Assembly: GCF_000007145.1 (NCBI RefSeq)
Contig: NC_003902.1
Coordinates: 637,436-669,435, forward strand
DNA length: 32,000 nt
Direction of reading: 5' to 3'
Origin: Xanthomonas campestris pv. campestris str. ATCC 33913
Lineage (GTDB): Bacteria > Pseudomonadota > Gammaproteobacteria > Xanthomonadales > Xanthomonadaceae
Positions 28,925 to 32,000 of this stretch are shown here, piece by piece (position 1 is the stretch's first letter; each line of letters begins with the position of its first letter). Both the position numbers and the translations under genes were made by a program. The notes under the pieces are model-generated. The model searched no databases. It was given only the letters and a program-made list of their open reading frames with translations, and was not told the origin of the DNA.

Positions 28925-29452
28925 ATGAGCCAGGCCCTCACACTTGCCCGTCCCTACGCCCGTGCCGCATTCGCGATTGCGCGTGAGGGCGGCAAGTTCG
29001 CGCCCTGGTCCGATGCACTTGCGTTCTCGGCGCAGGTCGCCGGCGATCCGCGCGTGGCTGCGCTGTTGCTGAATCCGGCGCTGCACCAGGATCAGGCGGT
29101 GACGCTGCTGGCGCCGCCGGCTGCCGAAGCGGACTATCAGCGTTTTCTCGGCCTGTTGGCCGATGCACAACGGCTGGCCCTGCTGCCGGAAATTGCAGGG
29201 TTGTACGAGCAGTTGCGTGCCGAAGCCGAGCACGTCGTGAAAGCGACGGTGACCTCGGCCACCGACATGAGCCCGGCCGAGCTGGCCACGATCACTGCCG
29301 CGTTGAAGAAGCGCTTCGGGCGCGAGGTGGATGTCACCACCGCGGTGGACGCTTCGCTGATCGGCGGCGCGGTGATCGACACCGGCGAGATGGTCATCGA
29401 CGGCTCGCTGAAGGGCAAGCTTGCGCGCCTGCAGAACTCGCTCGCCCACTGA
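28925..29452 (+). CDS. atpH: F0F1 ATP synthase subunit delta
   Basis: OSCP-like sequence ([10 protein letters not shown]..., [21 protein letters not shown]). Operon position fits. Confidence 0.9.
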   Translation: MSQALTLARPYARAAFAIAREGGKFAPWSDALAFSAQVAGDPRVAALLLNPALHQDQAVTLLAPPAAEADYQRFLGLLADAQRLALLPEIAGLYEQLRAEAEHVVKATVTSATDMSPAELATITAALKKRFGREVDVTTAVDASLIGGAVIDTGEMVIDGSLKGKLARLQNSLAH

Positions 29453-29499
29453 ATTCACATAAACGCATGGCCCTCGCGGCCGGCACCTAGGACTGAACG

Positions 29500-31047
29500 A
29501 TGGCAACCACGCTCAACCCCTCCGAAATCAGCGACCTGATCAAGACCCGCATCGAGGCGGTCAAGCTGTCCGCCGAGTCGCGCAACGAAGGCTCCGTGAC
29601 CAGCGTGTCCGACGGCATCGTGCGCATCTTCGGCCTGGCCGACGTGATGCAGGGCGAAATGATCGAACTGCCGAACAACACCTTCGCCCTGGCGCTGAAC
29701 CTGGAGCGCGATTCGGTCGGCGCGGTGGTGCTGGGCGATTACGAGAACCTGCGCGAAGGCGACGTGGCCAAGACCACCGGCCGCATCCTGGAAGTGCCGG
29801 TCGGCCCTGAGCTGCTGGGCCGCGTGGTCAACGCACTGGGCGAGCCGATCGACGGCAAGGGCCCGCTGGGCGCCACCCAGACCGCACCGGTGGAGCGTGT
29901 GGCCCCGGGCGTGATCTGGCGCAAGTCGGTCGACCAGCCGGTGCAGACCGGTTACAAGTCGGTCGATGCGATGATCCCGATCGGCCGTGGCCAGCGCGAG
30001 CTGGTGATCGGCGACCGCCAGACCGGCAAGACCGCGCTGGCGATCGATGCGGTGATCAACCAGAAGGGCACCGGCATCAAGTGCGTGTACGTGGCGATCG
30101 GCCAGAAGGCCTCGACCGTTGCCAACATCGTGCGCAAGCTCGAAGAAAACGGCGCGCTGGCGCACACCGTGGTGGTGGCTGCGACCGCGTCCGAATCGGC
30201 CGCGATGCAGTACATCAGCCCCTACGCTGGCTGCACCATGGGCGAATACTTCATGGACCGCGGCGAAGACGCGCTGATCGTGTACGACGATCTGTCCAAG
30301 CAGGCCGTGGCCTACCGCCAGATCTCGCTGCTGCTCAAGCGCCCGCCGGGTCGCGAAGCCTATCCGGGCGACGTGTTCTATCTGCATAGCCGTCTGCTCG
30401 AGCGCGCTGCGCGCGTGTCCGAGGAGTACGTGGAGAAGTTCACCAACGGTGCGGTGACCGGCAAGACCGGTTCGCTGACCGCGCTGCCGATCATCGAGAC
30501 GCAGGCCGGTGACGTGTCCGCGTTCGTGCCGACCAACGTGATCTCGATCACCGACGGCCAGATCTTCCTGGAAACCGACCTGTTCAACGCCGGTATCCGT
30601 CCGGCCGTGAACGCCGGTATCTCGGTGTCGCGCGTCGGTGGTGCGGCCCAGACCAAGATCATCAAGAAGCTGTCCGGCGGCATCCGTATCTCGCTGGCGC
30701 AGTACCGTGAGCTGGCGGCGTTCGCGCAGTTCGCCTCGGATCTGGACGAAGCCACCCGCAAGCAGCTCGAGCGCGGTCAGCGCGTCACCGAGCTGATGAA
30801 GCAGAAGCAGTACGCGCCGATGTCCATCGCCAACCAGGCGCTGTCGATCTATGCCGTCAACGAGGGCTACCTCGATGAAGTGCCGGTCAACAAGCTGCTG
30901 GCGTTCGAAGAAGGCCTGCACGCGCACTTCGCCAACACCCAGGGTGAGCTGGTCTCCAAGATCAACACCACCGGCGGTTGGGACAACGACATCGAAGCCG
31001 CGTTCAAGAAGGGCATCGAAGAGTTCAAGACCACGGGCAGCTGGTAA
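29500..31047 (+). CDS. atpA: F0F1 ATP synthase subunit alpha
   Basis: GDRQTGKTA Walker A. Sequence conserved along its full length. Confidence 0.97.
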   Translation: MATTLNPSEISDLIKTRIEAVKLSAESRNEGSVTSVSDGIVRIFGLADVMQGEMIELPNNTFALALNLERDSVGAVVLGDYENLREGDVAKTTGRILEVPVGPELLGRVVNALGEPIDGKGPLGATQTAPVERVAPGVIWRKSVDQPVQTGYKSVDAMIPIGRGQRELVIGDRQTGKTALAIDAVINQKGTGIKCVYVAIGQKASTVANIVRKLEENGALAHTVVVAATASESAAMQYISPYAGCTMGEYFMDRGEDALIVYDDLSKQAVAYRQISLLLKRPPGREAYPGDVFYLHSRLLERAARVSEEYVEKFTNGAVTGKTGSLTALPIIETQAGDVSAFVPTNVISITDGQIFLETDLFNAGIRPAVNAGISVSRVGGAAQTKIIKKLSGGIRISLAQYRELAAFAQFASDLDEATRKQLERGQRVTELMKQKQYAPMSIANQALSIYAVNEGYLDEVPVNKLLAFEEGLHAHFANTQGELVSKINTTGGWDNDIEAAFKKGIEEFKTTGSW

Positions 31048-31057
31048 GTCCAGCTGC

Positions 31058-31135
31058 GGGAATCGGGAATAGAGAATCGGGAATCGTCAAAGCGGGTTGG
31101 CTGTGCCAATTCCCCACTCACGATTCCCCATTCCC
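31058..31135. repeat. Imperfect inverted repeat built from GGGAATC/GGGAATG units in the atpA-atpG spacer
   Basis: Left arm gggaatcgggaatagagaatcgggaatcg (31058-31086). Right arm caattccccactcacgattccccattccc (31107-31135), whose reverse complement is gggaatggggaatcgtgagtggggaattg. Confidence 0.7.
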
Positions 31136-31159
31136 ACTAAGTGAGCGAAGCGAGCGAGT

Positions 31160-32000
31160 ATGGCAGGCGGACGCGAAATCAAAACCAAGATCAAGAGCGT
31201 GCAGAACACCCGCAAGGTGACGCGCGCGCTCGAAATGGTCTCGGCCTCCAAGATCCGCAAGGCGCAGGAACGCATGAAGACCTCGCGTCCCTACGCGCAG
31301 GCCATGAAGCAGGTGATCGGGCATCTGGCGCAGGCCAGCACCGACTACCAGCATCCGTTCCTGGTGGAGCGTGAGCAGGTCAAGCGGGTCGGCTACATCG
31401 TGATCTCTTCCGACCGCGGCCTGGCCGGCGGTCTGAACAACAACCTGTTCCGCAAGATGCTGGGCGAAGTGCGCCCGTGGCAGGACAAGGGTGCCGAGAT
31501 CGACGTGGTCACCATCGGTCAGAAGGCCTCGGCGTTCTTCCGCCGGATCAAGGTCAACATGGTCGGCAGCGTCACGCATCTTGGCGACAGCCCGCACATC
31601 GAGCAGTTGGTGGGCGTGATCAAGGTGATGCTGGATGCCTTCACCGAGGGCAAGGTGGACCGCGTGTATCTGGTCTACAACCGCTTCGTGAACACCATGA
31701 CGCAGAAGGCCAGCTTCGAGCAGTTGCTGCCGCTTCCGGCCGCCGAGCACAAGGTGGCGCACCACGACTGGGACTACCTGTACGAACCCGATGCCGCCAC
31801 CGTGCTGGAGCACGTGATGACGCGCTACATCGAGTCGCTGGTGTACCAGGCCGTGCTGGAAAACGTGGCCTCCGAGCACGCCGCGCGCATGGTGGCCATG
31901 AAGGCCGCCAGCGACAACGCCAACAAGATGATCGGCACCTTGCAACTGGTCTACAACAAGGCGCGCCAGGCGGCGATCACCCAGGAAATTTCGGAAATCG
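31160..32000 (+). CDS. atpG: F0F1 ATP synthase subunit gamma (3'-partial, runs off the window)
   Basis: Not in the ORF track because no stop is reached. My own translation from ATG 31160 reads [39 protein letters not shown]...[14 protein letters not shown]...[10 protein letters not shown]. Confidence 0.95.

Noticed and set aside
31058-31135. Whether the GGGAATC repeats could be a small CRISPR array or a VNTR.
   Set aside because: The units are 7 nt and contiguous or inverted, with no 25-40 nt repeat and spacer periodicity. The arrangement is a palindrome, not a direct-repeat array.
31118-31945. 275-aa minus-strand ORF, and the 77-aa plus-strand ORF at 31141-31374, in the last kilobase.
   Set aside because: The real gene is atpG in the third plus frame, starting at ATG 31160. 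It is missing from the ORF track only because it has no stop inside the window. Its translation is an unmistakable gamma subunit.

Overview
The window looks like a high-GC (about 65%) Xanthomonas-type chromosome: conserved housekeeping blocks interrupted by accessory DNA. This taxonomic call is inferred from gene content. From left to right:
- (i) An SMC/RecF-like ABC ATPase with a long coiled coil. It has lower GC than its neighbours, and its 5' end may be cut by the window edge.
- (ii) A Tat-signal dienelactone hydrolase broken by a 1-nt frameshift.
- (iii) A head-to-tail tandem duplication carrying two diverged, Met-rich, XopX-like type III effector paralogs. Each copy has a roughly 90% conserved upstream region with a PIP-like box, a -10-like hexamer and a conserved leader hairpin.
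- (iv) A TonB-dependent receptor.
- (v) A single-gene HTH-fused HipA-family kinase of the YjjJ/HipH type.
- (vi) A 3'-truncated IS3-family element abutted by a complete IS5-family element.
- (vii) A small membrane protein.
- (viii) A roughly 1.27 kb low-GC (about 40%) islet. It encodes a translationally coupled pair, a Sec-signal HExxH mini-metallopeptidase and a Sec-signal partner protein. This is my best candidate for an undescribed module, possibly a secreted protease/toxin with an inhibitor or immunity protein.
- (ix) ompW, a family-6 UDG (hypoxanthine-DNA glycosylase) and a DUF2884-like protein.
- (x) A PDH sub-operon: aceF, a coupled signal-peptide ORF, and lipoyl-domain-fused lpd.
- (xi) An amidohydrolase and an outer-membrane beta-barrel protein.
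- (xii) atpIBEFHA and the 5' part of atpG.

Many long ORFs in the track lie antisense to these genes. They are GC-driven artefacts and are not reported as features.
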